In this document: positions 28,757-39,122 of the stretch, piece after piece
Layout of the letters: the number at the start of each line of letters is the position of its first letter
Position numbering within the stretch: the stretch's first letter is position 1
Source: an uncultured Candidatus Actinomarina sp.
GTDB lineage: Bacteria; Actinomycetota; Acidimicrobiia; Actinomarinales; Actinomarinaceae
Length of the DNA stretch: 64,000 nucleotides
Assembly: GCA_902519845.1 (NCBI GenBank)
Contig: CABYLQ010000001.1
Location: forward strand, 345,808-409,807
Direction: 5' to 3'
Notes under the pieces: generated by a model
Seen by the model: the letters and a program-made list of their open reading frames with translations, nothing else
Databases searched by the model: none
What the model was told of the DNA's origin: nothing
Position numbers and translations under genes: made by a program

Positions 28757-29853
28757 ACAATAGACAAATTACTCTTTTAGGACCCCAAGGAACCAACTTA
28801 TTTATTTTTCTGATATTTCTTATTTTTATTTTTATTTCATGGTTTACTCTTTATACTCTTACAGAATTTGAAGGATTAGAGTTTGATGTCAACAACATAC
28901 TGACCCGGCAGGTTGTATTTTCTGTAGCATCGGTAATAGTGTTTTTCTTACTTACATATTTATCTATCGAAAATCTCCAAAATTATTCAAATATTTTATT
29001 TTTTCTTGCATTTTCAGCTTTGACTGTCTTGCTTACTACCCAGCCTAGATTGGGAGTTAGAAGATGGTTTGATTTGGGTCCAATCGATATACAGCCTTCA
29101 GAGTTTGCAAAAGTAATTGTTGTGGTATTTATAGCAAATTATCTTTCAAAAAACTTCAGTAAAGTTTTATTAATTTTTCTAATTTTAGGGATTGTACTTA
29201 CTATATTATTTCAACCAGACTTAGGAACAGCTTTTATAATTTCATTTGTGTTTTTATCAATGTTGCTTCTCTCGGATATGAAGATACGCTATTTTTTGGT
29301 GATTATTCTCATCAGTTTATTTTTATTCTTTCTATTTCTCGAATTAGGATCACGGTTTGATAATGTAAATATTGTTACTCAATATCAAATTGATAGGATA
29401 AATGAGTTCTTTTCAACTGATTTGGATTTCTCTCAATCGCAAAGTAGATTGCTCATTTCTAGTGGGGGTTTATTTGGACAATATTTTTCGGCAGAAAGCA
29501 TTCAAAAAGTTTTTGTACCCGTTGAGACAACAGATTTCATTTTTGCTGCATTTGCATATAACTTCGGTTTTTTTGGAATCTTATTTCTACTTGGTTTGTG
29601 GGGTCTTCTAATAAACAGGCTGAGGAGAATTCTAATAGTTTCGAATTCTGATTTTGATAAATTTGTAATAGCTGGCTTTATCGCATTACTTTCATTTCAA
29701 ATATTTGTAAATATATCAACTGTTGTTGGAATAATACCTGTAACTGGGTTACCCTTTCCACTTTTAAGTTTAGGAGGTTCTTCAATGGTCTCTATTGCTA
29801 TAATTTTTGGGATAACCAATAGAATATTTATAGAAAATAACATCACGATTTAA
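28753..29853 (+). CDS. rodA: Rod-shape determining SEDS protein RodA (FtsW/RodA family)
   Basis: 10-TM SEDS-family pattern (GVRRWFDLGPIDIQPSEFAKV...) directly after mrdA. Confidence 0.8.
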   Translation: MNNRQITLLGPQGTNLFIFLIFLIFIFISWFTLYTLTEFEGLEFDVNNILTRQVVFSVASVIVFFLLTYLSIENLQNYSNILFFLAFSALTVLLTTQPRLGVRRWFDLGPIDIQPSEFAKVIVVVFIANYLSKNFSKVLLIFLILGIVLTILFQPDLGTAFIISFVFLSMLLLSDMKIRYFLVIILISLFLFFLFLELGSRFDNVNIVTQYQIDRINEFFSTDLDFSQSQSRLLISSGGLFGQYFSAESIQKVFVPVETTDFIFAAFAYNFGFFGILFLLGLWGLLINRLRRILIVSNSDFDKFVIAGFIALLSFQIFVNISTVVGIIPVTGLPFPLLSLGGSSMVSIAIIFGITNRIFIENNITI

Positions 29854-29913
29854 TATTTAAAGCCTATTAACCTATTCATATGAAGTTTTTAAATATATAT
29901 TCACATCACAAAT

Positions 29914-31395
29914 ATGGAGGTTTTAATGTTTGGTATTTTCAAAAAGTCGAAAGTAATAAGAAAAAGCGAAGATAAGTACAGTAGTACTGAGACTAAGCGG
30001 TACAACGGTCAAAAAGTAAAAATAAAGTCAGGCACTTCTAGATCAAGAACTAGAAGAGAAGACTACAAAAAAGCTAACCGCCAAACCTGGTTTAGAGAAA
30101 CTCCATTACCAGTTCCTTTTGTTGATAGAAAACAAATGTTAATAAGCTTCAAGGGAGGATCATCTAAAATTGCAATATTAGAAGGAGCAACTTTAGTTGA
30201 ATATTACACTGCAGAAGCTAAATCTAAATCTCTTGTAGGAAATATATATCTTGGAAAAGTAAAAAATATTTTACCTGGAATGGAAGCAGCATTTGTATCT
30301 ATAGGTGAAGAAAAAAATGGTGTCTTGTATGTTGCAGATGTTTCAAATTCTAAACGTAATTCGAAAATTGAAAATTTACTTAAACAAGAGCAGGAAATTT
30401 TGGTTCAGGTTGTTAAAGATGCAATGGGAGAAAAAGGTGCAAGACTTACAGGCCAAATATCATTCCCTGGAAGGTATCTTGTATTAATTCCAAATTCAAG
30501 CACAAAAGGAATTTCACGAAGGCTACCCGATGAAGAAAGAAGCCGTCTTGATAAGATCATTAGAAAAATTAAGCCAGATGGATTTGGAGTTATTGTTAGA
30601 ACAGCTGCAGAAGGCGTAAGCGAAGAGTCACTCAAAAATGATATAGATAAGTTAATTAGCGAGTGGGAAGCTACATCAAGCAAAGATTCTGGAAGCGCAC
30701 CTGTTCTTATTCACGAAGAGCCAGATATCTCCATAAAAGTCATAAGAGAACATTTAAATTCAGGCTTTAAAAAATTATTAATCGAAAATAATAAACAATT
30801 CGACAATGTCAAACAGTATATATCTGATACTTCACCTGAACTAAGTGGAATTGTAGAAAAGTATGAAGATAGCTTAGATTTATTTGAGAGATATCACATT
30901 GAAGATCAAATTAAAAAAGCTTTAGATAGAAAAGTATGGTTACCATCTGGTGGACATTTAATTATTGATAGAACAGAAGCTCTGACAGTTATTGATGTAA
31001 ATACTGGTAAGTTTGTTGGTAAAGACAGTCTTGAACAGACTGTGTTTGAAAATAATCTTGAAGCTGCTGAAGAAATTGCAAGACAATTACGCTTAAGAGA
31101 TATAGGTGGAATAATTGTTATTGATTTTATTGATATGGAAACTCAAAGAAGACAACAAGAATTATTAAATAAATTTAAACAAGAATTAGCAAAGGACAAA
31201 ACACGAACGCAAGTTTTTGAAATCTCAAGATTAGGACTTGTTGAAATGACAAGAAAAAATGTTTCTGCTGGACTTATTGAAAGTTTTTCAGATGAATGTG
31301 AAGAATGCAATGGTAGAGGCTTAATCATTGGTGATATATTTTCTAATAATTCAGTTGATACTGATTTACTTGAAACAGATGTCGTAGTAGAGTAG
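29914..31395 (+). CDS. rne: Ribonuclease E/G family endoribonuclease, short form (493 aa, catalytic domain only)
   Basis: S1 domain (GNIYLGKVKNILPGMEAAFVSIG) and DNase-I-like catalytic core; C-terminal Zn-link CEECNGRG; conserved position before rplU-rpmA-obg. Confidence 0.8.
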   Translation: MEVLMFGIFKKSKVIRKSEDKYSSTETKRYNGQKVKIKSGTSRSRTRREDYKKANRQTWFRETPLPVPFVDRKQMLISFKGGSSKIAILEGATLVEYYTAEAKSKSLVGNIYLGKVKNILPGMEAAFVSIGEEKNGVLYVADVSNSKRNSKIENLLKQEQEILVQVVKDAMGEKGARLTGQISFPGRYLVLIPNSSTKGISRRLPDEERSRLDKIIRKIKPDGFGVIVRTAAEGVSEESLKNDIDKLISEWEATSSKDSGSAPVLIHEEPDISIKVIREHLNSGFKKLLIENNKQFDNVKQYISDTSPELSGIVEKYEDSLDLFERYHIEDQIKKALDRKVWLPSGGHLIIDRTEALTVIDVNTGKFVGKDSLEQTVFENNLEAAEEIARQLRLRDIGGIIVIDFIDMETQRRQQELLNKFKQELAKDKTRTQVFEISRLGLVEMTRKNVSAGLIESFSDECEECNGRGLIIGDIFSNNSVDTDLLETDVVVE

Positions 31396-31402
31396 TTGAG
31401 TT

Positions 31403-31729
31403 ATGAGTAAATACGCTGTTATAAAAGTCGGTGCTTCTCAAGAAAAAGTAAGTGTAGGTGATATTTTATCTGTTCCTGCAAATTTCGTTATTGAATCAAA
31501 GACTCCAATCTTAATGAGTGCAAGAAAAGGCTCTATGATAACTGATGAAAAAAAATTATCAGGTTACTCAGTAGATTTTGAACTTGTAGACGAAAAGAAA
31601 TCAAAAAAACTTAATATTTTTACTTACAAAAACAAATCAGGTATTAGAAGAAAATTAGGTTATCGAGAAGATATTAAAATTGTTAAAGTAAAATCTATTT
31701 CATCAGGCAAATCGGGAGAAGAAGAGTAA
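31403..31729 (+). CDS. rplU: 50S ribosomal protein L21
   Basis: 108 aa; MYAVIKVGASQEKVSVGD is an L21 N-terminus; synteny. Confidence 0.85.
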   Translation: MSKYAVIKVGASQEKVSVGDILSVPANFVIESKTPILMSARKGSMITDEKKLSGYSVDFELVDEKKSKKLNIFTYKNKSGIRRKLGYREDIKIVKVKSISSGKSGEEE

Positions 31730-31978
31730 ATGTCAAAAACAAAAGCCGGCGGCTCAACCCGTAATGGTAGAGATTCAGAGTCTAAGCGGCTCGGGACTAA
31801 AGTTTTTGACGGTCAAAAAATCTCAGCAGGCTCCATCGTTGTAAGACAAAGAGGAACAAAAATTCATCCTGGCAACAATGTTCAAAAGGGTGGAGATGAT
31901 ACCCTTTATGCCAAAGTGAATGGAACGGTGAAATATTCAACTAGAAATGGAAGAAAACTAGTAAATATAATCCCTTAA
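31730..31978 (+). CDS. rpmA: 50S ribosomal protein L27
   Basis: 82 aa; [12 protein letters not shown]...RQRGTK.HPG L27 signature. Confidence 0.92.
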   Translation: MSKTKAGGSTRNGRDSESKRLGTKVFDGQKISAGSIVVRQRGTKIHPGNNVQKGGDDTLYAKVNGTVKYSTRNGRKLVNIIP

Positions 31979-31982
31979 TGTC

Positions 31983-33176
31983 ATGTTTGTTGACAATATT
32001 GAAATCGATCTTTTATCAGGTGCTGGTGGTTCTGGTTCTGTAAGTTTTAACTCTAAAAGTTCTCAAACTTCCCCTAATGGTGCAAATGGAGGAAACGGGG
32101 GTTCTATAACATTTAAAACTGATTCTAAACTTTTCGACTTTTCAAACTTAAAATCTAAAGGTTCATTTAAAGCTGATAATGGAGAAGATGCTCAAAAAAA
32201 TCTTCAAAATGGTAAAAATGGAGAAAATTTAGAGTTGAAAATACCCATAGGGACTTCAATATTTTATGAAGGTGAACTGATAGCAGAACTAATTGAAGAA
32301 AATGTAGAATATCTTATTTGCAAAGGAGGACAGGGAGGTAGAGGGAATAAGGATATGCTATCTAAACGAAATCCTAATCCAGAGATATGTGAGTCGGGTG
32401 AAAAAAGAAAAAAAATGAAAATTAATCTGCAATTAAGTTTGATTACTGACTTAGCTTTAGTTGGATTACCAAATGCAGGAAAAAGTTCATTGATCCAAAC
32501 AATTACAAACTCAAATTCAAAAATTGACAGCTACCCTTTTACAACAATAAGCCCAAGCTTGGGAGCCTATACAAACGATTATGGGATGGTAACAATATGC
32601 GATTTGCCAGGACTAATAAGCGGAGCAGCTGAAGGAACTGGACTTGGTAAATCTGTACTTAGACATCTCAAGAATACAAAATATATTATCTATCTACTCG
32701 ATCCGGACAACTCAGAATATGATGTAAACCAACAAATTGATTTACTTGAAAAAGAGGTTAAAAAATTTGATCCAAGATATAAAGATATACAGGTTCTAAA
32801 AGTTGTCAATAAATCAGACCTAAACAATAAAGTTCCAGACTTCATAAATATTTCAACCCTAACAAACGAGGGTATTGATGAACTTGTAAATGAGTTAAAT
32901 AGAGTTAATTTTCAGGAATTAAAAAGAGTAAATAAAAGTTTTGAAAAAATATTTTTTGAATCAGATAATTTTATTATTGATCAATATGAAGATAACTGGA
33001 TTGTATCAGGTAGAAAAGTAGATAAAATCACTAACCTAAAGGGCAATTCCCATGAAGTCTTAAACGAGATATCTTATAGATTTGAAAAATCATCAATTTC
33101 TGATGAGTTAAAAAATAGAGGAATTGAAAAGGGTGATATAGTAGATTTAAACGGACACGAGTTTTCATATGAGTAA
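31983..33176 (+). CDS. obg: GTPase Obg/CgtA
   Basis: Gly-rich Obg fold N-terminus; G-domain motifs (GLPNAGKSS; DLPGLI); C-terminal OCT-like domain. Confidence 0.9.
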   Translation: MFVDNIEIDLLSGAGGSGSVSFNSKSSQTSPNGANGGNGGSITFKTDSKLFDFSNLKSKGSFKADNGEDAQKNLQNGKNGENLELKIPIGTSIFYEGELIAELIEENVEYLICKGGQGGRGNKDMLSKRNPNPEICESGEKRKKMKINLQLSLITDLALVGLPNAGKSSLIQTITNSNSKIDSYPFTTISPSLGAYTNDYGMVTICDLPGLISGAAEGTGLGKSVLRHLKNTKYIIYLLDPDNSEYDVNQQIDLLEKEVKKFDPRYKDIQVLKVVNKSDLNNKVPDFINISTLTNEGIDELVNELNRVNFQELKRVNKSFEKIFFESDNFIIDQYEDNWIVSGRKVDKITNLKGNSHEVLNEISYRFEKSSISDELKNRGIEKGDIVDLNGHEFSYE

Positions 33177-34227
33177 CAAATTAATTGTTTTAAAAATTGG
33201 AACAAATACATTGTTCGATAATGCTGAAATTAATTTTGATATGTTGAATACTCTTGCGAGCTCTATTAAAAAGTATAGAAAACAAAATATTAATTTTGTG
33301 ATTGTTACGTCGGGTGCTGTTCAATCTGGTGCTAATGAGTTGAACTTATCAGAAAGACCAAAAAATTTAAAAGAATTACAAGTTGCATCAGCAGTAGGAC
33401 AAGTAAGTCTAATAAATACTTATAAAGAGATATTTAATAATCACGATATAAACATTGCTCAAATACTTATATCAAAAAATGTTTTGGAAGATAGAAGTCA
33501 GTTTATAAACACCACGGAAGCACTTAATGGCCTAATTTCTAAAAATATATTGCCGATAATTAATGAAAATGATGTCGTTGCAACTGAAGAATTAAAGTTT
33601 GGTGACAACGATAGGCTTTCAGCAATAGTTTCTATCATATTAAAAGCAGATAAGTTAGTTTTAATTACAGATAAAGAGGGTTTGTATGATTCGGATCCAG
33701 AAATAAGTGAAGAAGCTCAGAAAATAGAAAATATTGAATATAACTCTGAAGAACTTAATGAATTGATCCCTAAATCTGTTTCAGGAAAAGGCATAGGAGG
33801 ATTTTCTACAAAAATTATGGCTGCACAAATGGCTGGATTTTCAGGAATTGAAACCCAAATAATTTCCTGGTCTCCAAATTGTGTAGATGATGTTATTGAT
33901 GATGTAAAAATTGGAACAATTATTAAACCTTCAAATAAGAATATTAAACTTAAAAAAATCTGGATTGGATTTGGAATGACAATTGATGGTGAAATTATTA
34001 TTGATGAAGGCGCAGAGGATGCATTAGTAAAAGACGCTTCACTCCTTTCAAAAGGCGTATTAAAGGTCAATCAAACTTTTGAAGAAAATACCGGTGTAGA
34101 GATAAAAAACACAAAAAACACTTTAATTGGTAGGGGAGTTGTAAATTTATCAAGTAAAGAAATTGAAGATTCAAAAAATAGTGAAAATACTGTAGTAATC
34201 CATAAAGACAACTTATTAATTCTTTAA
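33169..34227 (+). CDS. proB: Glutamate 5-kinase
   Basis: AAK-family N-terminus (LIVLKIGTNTL...), GDNDRLSA motif, C-terminal PUA domain. Confidence 0.85.
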   Translation: MSNKLIVLKIGTNTLFDNAEINFDMLNTLASSIKKYRKQNINFVIVTSGAVQSGANELNLSERPKNLKELQVASAVGQVSLINTYKEIFNNHDINIAQILISKNVLEDRSQFINTTEALNGLISKNILPIINENDVVATEELKFGDNDRLSAIVSIILKADKLVLITDKEGLYDSDPEISEEAQKIENIEYNSEELNELIPKSVSGKGIGGFSTKIMAAQMAGFSGIETQIISWSPNCVDDVIDDVKIGTIIKPSNKNIKLKKIWIGFGMTIDGEIIIDEGAEDALVKDASLLSKGVLKVNQTFEENTGVEIKNTKNTLIGRGVVNLSSKEIEDSKNSENTVVIHKDNLLIL

Positions 34228-34266
34228 AAAATTTTACTTTCTAACAAATCAAATTATTCTTGTTAT

Positions 34267-35508
34267 GTGCTTAAAGAAATCGGTAAAAATGCTGTCAAGG
34301 CTGCAGAACAGCTTAAAACAGTAAATACAGAAACAAAGAATCAAATTTTAAACAATATGGCATCTGAACTACTTAAAGATGTTGATGAGATTATTGATGC
34401 TAATAAAATTGATTTAGAAAACGCAAAACAACTTGAATTAACAGCTGCACTCACAGACAGATTGACTCTAAACAAAGAAAGAATTCAAGGTATGTCCGAT
34501 GGACTTAAAAAAATTATCCCATTAGATGATCCTGTAGGACAAGTTACACAATCTTGGAAATCAGAAGATGGACTTGATATTAGTAAAATTCGTTCACCTT
34601 TTGGCGTCATAGGAATAATTTATGAAGCACGGCCAAATGTTACTAGTGATGTTTCTGGTTTATGTCTGAAGTCAGGAAATGCATCTATTCTCCGTGGCTC
34701 TAGTTATTGCTTAGATTCAAATTTAATGATTTTAAAAACTTTACAAAAATCCCTAGAACAAAATGATTTACCAAAAGAATGCATTCAGATTATTGAAAGT
34801 AAGGACAGAGAAGACACTATTGAATTTATGAACATGACAGAATATATTGATCTAATTGTACCTCGTGGCGGAAAAGGATTAATTCAAACTCTTGTTGATA
34901 ATTCCAAAGTACCTTTTATTTTGGATGGTGATGGCAATGTTCATCTCTATATTCATAGTGATGCAAAAGAAGAATATATAATTCCAATTGTGATCAATTC
35001 AAAAGTACAACGTCCAGGTGTATGTAATGCATTAGAAACTCTTATTCTTCACAAAGATATATACGATAAACATGGGTCAAAAATTATTGATGCACTAAAA
35101 GAAAATGATGTAGAAATAGTTATTGATGAACAAATGAAAGACGATTTTCTTGAGTTAGAGGTTGCTAATGATGAGCATTATGCAACAGAATTCTTAGATT
35201 TAAAAATTGCAATTAAAATTGTTGATAATGAAAATGAAGCAATTCAGCATATAAATCTTTTTTCTTCCGGACACACTGAAGGAATACTTACAGAGTCAGA
35301 TAAAGTTTCAGAAAAATTTTCAAGTTCAATTGATTCTTCAGTAATATTTATTAATGCTTCAACGCGATTTACTGATGGAGAAAAGTTTGGTTTTGGTGCA
35401 GAGATCGGAATTAGCACACAAAAACTTCACGTCAGAGGTCCTATGGGTTTAGAAGCATTAACGACAGAACGATATGTAATTAGCGGAAAAGGAACTGTAA
35501 GAGGATGA
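34267..35508 (+). CDS. proA: Gamma-glutamyl phosphate reductase
   Basis: 413 aa ALDH-superfamily; catalytic Cys region (VQRPGVCNALETLILH); follows proB. GTG start. Confidence 0.85.
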   Translation: MLKEIGKNAVKAAEQLKTVNTETKNQILNNMASELLKDVDEIIDANKIDLENAKQLELTAALTDRLTLNKERIQGMSDGLKKIIPLDDPVGQVTQSWKSEDGLDISKIRSPFGVIGIIYEARPNVTSDVSGLCLKSGNASILRGSSYCLDSNLMILKTLQKSLEQNDLPKECIQIIESKDREDTIEFMNMTEYIDLIVPRGGKGLIQTLVDNSKVPFILDGDGNVHLYIHSDAKEEYIIPIVINSKVQRPGVCNALETLILHKDIYDKHGSKIIDALKENDVEIVIDEQMKDDFLELEVANDEHYATEFLDLKIAIKIVDNENEAIQHINLFSSGHTEGILTESDKVSEKFSSSIDSSVIFINASTRFTDGEKFGFGAEIGISTQKLHVRGPMGLEALTTERYVISGKGTVRG

Positions 35509-36335
35509 ATAAAGAATTATCTATAAAAGATTTAGAATCAGTAAATTATTTTTCAAATGAAAATTTAGTTGATGTTATAAACGCAGCAATTTTTTTAAAA
35601 AAACCATTACTCATAGAGGGTCCTGCCGGAACTGGTAAAACTTTTTTAGCAAAGGCTATTTCATCTTTTTTTAATCTAGAACTTATTAGGCTTCAGTGTC
35701 ACGAGGGCATTGATGAAGATAAGGCAGTTTACGAATGGAATTATAAAAAACAACTATTAAGCATTCAGCAAGATAAGAATGCTGAAAATCTCTTTGATGA
35801 AAGTTACCTTATCAAAAGACCAATACTTAATGCATTAACCTCTGAAAAAGAAAGCTTATTTTTAATTGATGAAATAGATCGTTCTGATGAAGAATTTGAA
35901 GCTTTGCTTCTCGAGATTCTTGCTGAAAATCAAGTTACAATTCCTGAATTCGGAACAATAAATGGAAGTGATAACAGAATTACTATTCTCACATCTAATG
36001 GTACTAGAGAACTCTCAGACGCTCTAAAAAGAAGATGCCTTTATTTTTATCTAGACTTTCCTTCAGTAGAAATTGAATCGAAAGTATTGATGAATAGTAT
36101 TTCTGAAATTTCAGAAGAACAAGCAAGGACATACGCATCCTTTATTTCATATGTTAGAAATTTAAACCTTAATAAAATACCGTCTCTAATCGAATCTGTA
36201 GAGTGGGTTAAATACAATTTAATTAATAAAAATAAATCTAATACTGACAATCTTGGAATACTTTTGAAAGACAAATCTGATCAAGAGAAATATAAAGAAC
36301 AAATTGAAAATACCAATGAGCTCATTCAAGAATGA
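35505..36335 (+). CDS. MoxR-like AAA+ ATPase (CbbQ/NorQ/CoxD-like, 276 aa)
   Basis: Walker A LLIEGPAGTGKT, Walker B LFLIDEIDR, compact single AAA+ module. Confidence 0.75.
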   Translation: MNKELSIKDLESVNYFSNENLVDVINAAIFLKKPLLIEGPAGTGKTFLAKAISSFFNLELIRLQCHEGIDEDKAVYEWNYKKQLLSIQQDKNAENLFDESYLIKRPILNALTSEKESLFLIDEIDRSDEEFEALLLEILAENQVTIPEFGTINGSDNRITILTSNGTRELSDALKRRCLYFYLDFPSVEIESKVLMNSISEISEEQARTYASFISYVRNLNLNKIPSLIESVEWVKYNLINKNKSNTDNLGILLKDKSDQEKYKEQIENTNELIQE

Positions 36336-37677
36336 CATAATTGATTTTTCACAATTTTGTAAAGAAAATCAGTTTTTTATATCAATAGATAAACTTGAAA
36401 CTTATTTCAAATATATTGAATCAAAACAAATCGAATCTAAAGATGATAAATTAAAATATCTGTTTTTGCTAATACCTAAAGATAAAGACGAGAAAGATCA
36501 ACTTCAGTACCTTATTAAAGAATTTTTTAATTTTAGTACTGAAGAAACACCGGATTTTTATTTTAATTATCTTGATGAATATAAATTAAACGATAGCTTT
36601 GAAGATGTATTTATCGATCAAAATAACATCAATATTGATTTTTCTTCCATAGCGATTGATATAATTCAAGATTTTGAGAATTTAGATTTTACTCGCCCAG
36701 TTTCTAATGCATATTGGCTAAATCAATTAAAAAAAACGAAAGCTTACAAAGAGCTAATGAGTTTATTCAATATTCAATTTGAGGATTCCTTTGAAAACAT
36801 TATGAACGAGTTAAATATGGAGAATTTTTCAAACTATCTAGATATGAAATTATTGGAATTATTAAAAGATGAAAGAAATAAAACAAGAGATGCTTATCAG
36901 CCATCGGAATTAAATGATAAAGATCAATTAAATGAACTAGATTATCTTTATACAAACAAAGATGAAAGAAAAAAACTTCTTGAACAAACTTATGCGTTGG
37001 GGAATAAACTTGCTCTAAAGTTTAAAAAACAAATTAAATACTCAAGTAAAGGGAATCTTAATTTAAGGAAAACAATCAGAAAATCTATACAGTCTGGTGG
37101 AGTTCTTCAAAATATCATTTTTAAACCAAAAAACAAGAAAAAACCCAAATTAGTAATTCTATGTGACATCAGTGGTTCAATGGCTTTATATTCTCTTTTT
37201 GGTCTTACATTATTGTATGGCATGGTGAGTAGGTTTAATTCAATCAAGTCTTTTGTATTTATTGATGGAATAACAGAAGTTACAAAAGACATTAAAAAGC
37301 TTAAAAAAAATGAAATTGAATCCTTTCTTAAAAACTGGAATAACTATGTAAAACATGATGGTCATTCAGATTATTCAAGAACTTTTGAAGAACTAATTGA
37401 AGAAATAAAAAAAAGTAACTCTAACTATAAATGTTTGATAGTAATTGGGGATGCTAGAAATAACTATAGGGATATAGATGATCGATTAGTTAATGAGGTT
37501 GGAAGATTATTCAAGAACATATATTGGCTCAATCCCGAAAGATTAAAGTATTGGAATACTGGTGATAGTTTGATAAGAAAATTTGATAGAGTAACTAACA
37601 ATACATCAGAAGTTAGAAACTACACTCAAATGAAAAATTTCGTAAATTCAATTGATTTTAAACGAGACCTCAAGTGA
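36304..37677 (+). CDS. von Willebrand factor A (VWA) domain protein, CoxE-like partner of the MoxR ATPase
   Basis: C-terminal VWA with MIDAS DxSxS (LVILCDISGSM...); overlaps the MoxR gene by 32 nt. Confidence 0.7.
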   Translation: MKIPMSSFKNDIIDFSQFCKENQFFISIDKLETYFKYIESKQIESKDDKLKYLFLLIPKDKDEKDQLQYLIKEFFNFSTEETPDFYFNYLDEYKLNDSFEDVFIDQNNINIDFSSIAIDIIQDFENLDFTRPVSNAYWLNQLKKTKAYKELMSLFNIQFEDSFENIMNELNMENFSNYLDMKLLELLKDERNKTRDAYQPSELNDKDQLNELDYLYTNKDERKKLLEQTYALGNKLALKFKKQIKYSSKGNLNLRKTIRKSIQSGGVLQNIIFKPKNKKKPKLVILCDISGSMALYSLFGLTLLYGMVSRFNSIKSFVFIDGITEVTKDIKKLKKNEIESFLKNWNNYVKHDGHSDYSRTFEELIEEIKKSNSNYKCLIVIGDARNNYRDIDDRLVNEVGRLFKNIYWLNPERLKYWNTGDSLIRKFDRVTNNTSEVRNYTQMKNFVNSIDFKRDLK

Positions 37678-38240
37678 AAAATATTGGTGTATTGGGTGGA
37701 ACTTTTGATCCTCCACATGAAGCACATCTTAAAATTGCAGAAAGATCTTTAAATCAATTTAAACTAGATAAAATCATTTTTATTCCATCTGGTAATCCTT
37801 GGCAAAAAAAAGATTCGACGCCGTATAGTCACAGATTTGAAATGACAAAAATCTTAATTAAAAATTCTGATTCATTTGCACTAAGCGACCTTGAAAGTTC
37901 AGAACAAAATCCTTCTTATACATATGAAACACTTGAAAAGCTACAGCATCCAAAAGAAAATTTGTACTTCATACTTGGCTCAGATACCGCAATGAATATA
38001 AAAACATGGAAAAACTATGGTCAATTATCAAATTTAACGCAATTCTTAATTGCTCTTAGAAAAGAAGATAGTTTTGAGACACTTTCTAAAAATTTTCCGT
38101 TTGATTATGAATTAATTGAAGGTGAAAAATTAGATTTAAGTTCAACTGGATTACGAGAAAAATTGGAGGAAAATAAAATGAATAATATTGAATTACCTTC
38201 AGAAATTTTTAATTATATAAAGGAAAATAAAATTTATTGA
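37674..38240 (+). CDS. nadD: Nicotinate-nucleotide adenylyltransferase
   Basis: (H/T)xGH motif GGTFDPPHEAH; 188 aa; conserved position after proA in Actinobacteria. Confidence 0.85.
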   Translation: MKNIGVLGGTFDPPHEAHLKIAERSLNQFKLDKIIFIPSGNPWQKKDSTPYSHRFEMTKILIKNSDSFALSDLESSEQNPSYTYETLEKLQHPKENLYFILGSDTAMNIKTWKNYGQLSNLTQFLIALRKEDSFETLSKNFPFDYELIEGEKLDLSSTGLREKLEENKMNNIELPSEIFNYIKENKIY

Positions 38241-38707
38241 ATTTTTTTGTTAATTTCATCAACTTCTGATTCTAATTCTTTAAGCTTTCCCAAAACATTA
38301 TCCTCTAATTCTTCAATTTTTTCTATTTCTGTTTCTAATTCTTGGAGTTTTTCTAAAACATCATCGTTTGTATGACCATCAACATAATTTTGGATAAATT
38401 TTGCAGAAACAATTGCTGTAATAGTAGCTATCAATCCAAGTCCCAATAACATCAACAAACCAGCCACAACTCTACCAAGGGTGGTTAAAGGTGTGATGTC
38501 TCCATATCCTACTGTTGTAATAGTTACCAATGCCCACCAGATACCGTCACCAAAAGTTTTAACTTGTGGCTCTGAAGCATAAAATAAGTAGCCGAAAATT
38601 CCTATGAAAAATATTAACGCTACAAGAATGGTCCTTAAGCGTCTACTGTTGAAAATTGTCTCTAATAAAGAAAAAAAGTTTCTAACTCTACTCAAATCTC
38701 TCCTCAA
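38234..38707 (-). CDS. Two-TM potassium channel (KcsA-like pore) with C-terminal heptad coiled coil
   Basis: Selectivity filter TTVGYGD between two TM helices; C-terminal LEKLQELETEIEKIEELEDNVLGKLKELESEVDEINKKIQ. Convergent with nadD, with a 7-nt 3' overlap. Confidence 0.8.
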   Translation of the reverse strand: MRRDLSRVRNFFSLLETIFNSRRLRTILVALIFFIGIFGYLFYASEPQVKTFGDGIWWALVTITTVGYGDITPLTTLGRVVAGLLMLLGLGLIATITAIVSAKFIQNYVDGHTNDDVLEKLQELETEIEKIEELEDNVLGKLKELESEVDEINKKIQ

Positions 38708-38734
38708 TATAAGAATAGTGTCTTTATTTTTTAC

Positions 38735-39109
38735 ATGGTAACATATTTATTAATGGCAGAAGAAAAAATAAAAAATTTACATAACTTTTTCTTTGAAAGC
38801 GTAATCGATATACTTCTGGTTCAAAAATGTACAAACATTAAAGCATTTGAAATTGAAAATAATAGCTACTTTGATGTAATTATTATGTGCAATGTAAATT
38901 CAAATACCCAAATGGTCTCTTCTATAAAAAAGCTTAAGAAATTAGTTAAATCTAAAAATAAAAACATCTTTTCTGAGGGTTTAGATTCTTCATGGGCACT
39001 AGTTGAGTTTGAAGGTGTAGGTATCCATTTCTTCACGGAAGAAGCAAGAGAATACTATAACTTAGATGATTTATTTTTTGATAGCAATCTAATGCTTCAG
39101 TACGGGTAA
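38735..39109 (+). CDS. rsfS: Ribosomal silencing factor RsfS (Iojap family)
   Basis: C-terminal GVGIHFFTEEAREYYNLDDLF matches the RsfS signature (vVHIF...REyYdLE.LW); expected neighbour of nadD. Confidence 0.6.
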   Translation: MVTYLLMAEEKIKNLHNFFFESVIDILLVQKCTNIKAFEIENNSYFDVIIMCNVNSNTQMVSSIKKLKKLVKSKNKNIFSEGLDSSWALVEFEGVGIHFFTEEAREYYNLDDLFFDSNLMLQYG

Positions 39110-39122
39110 TCTTAATTGTATT

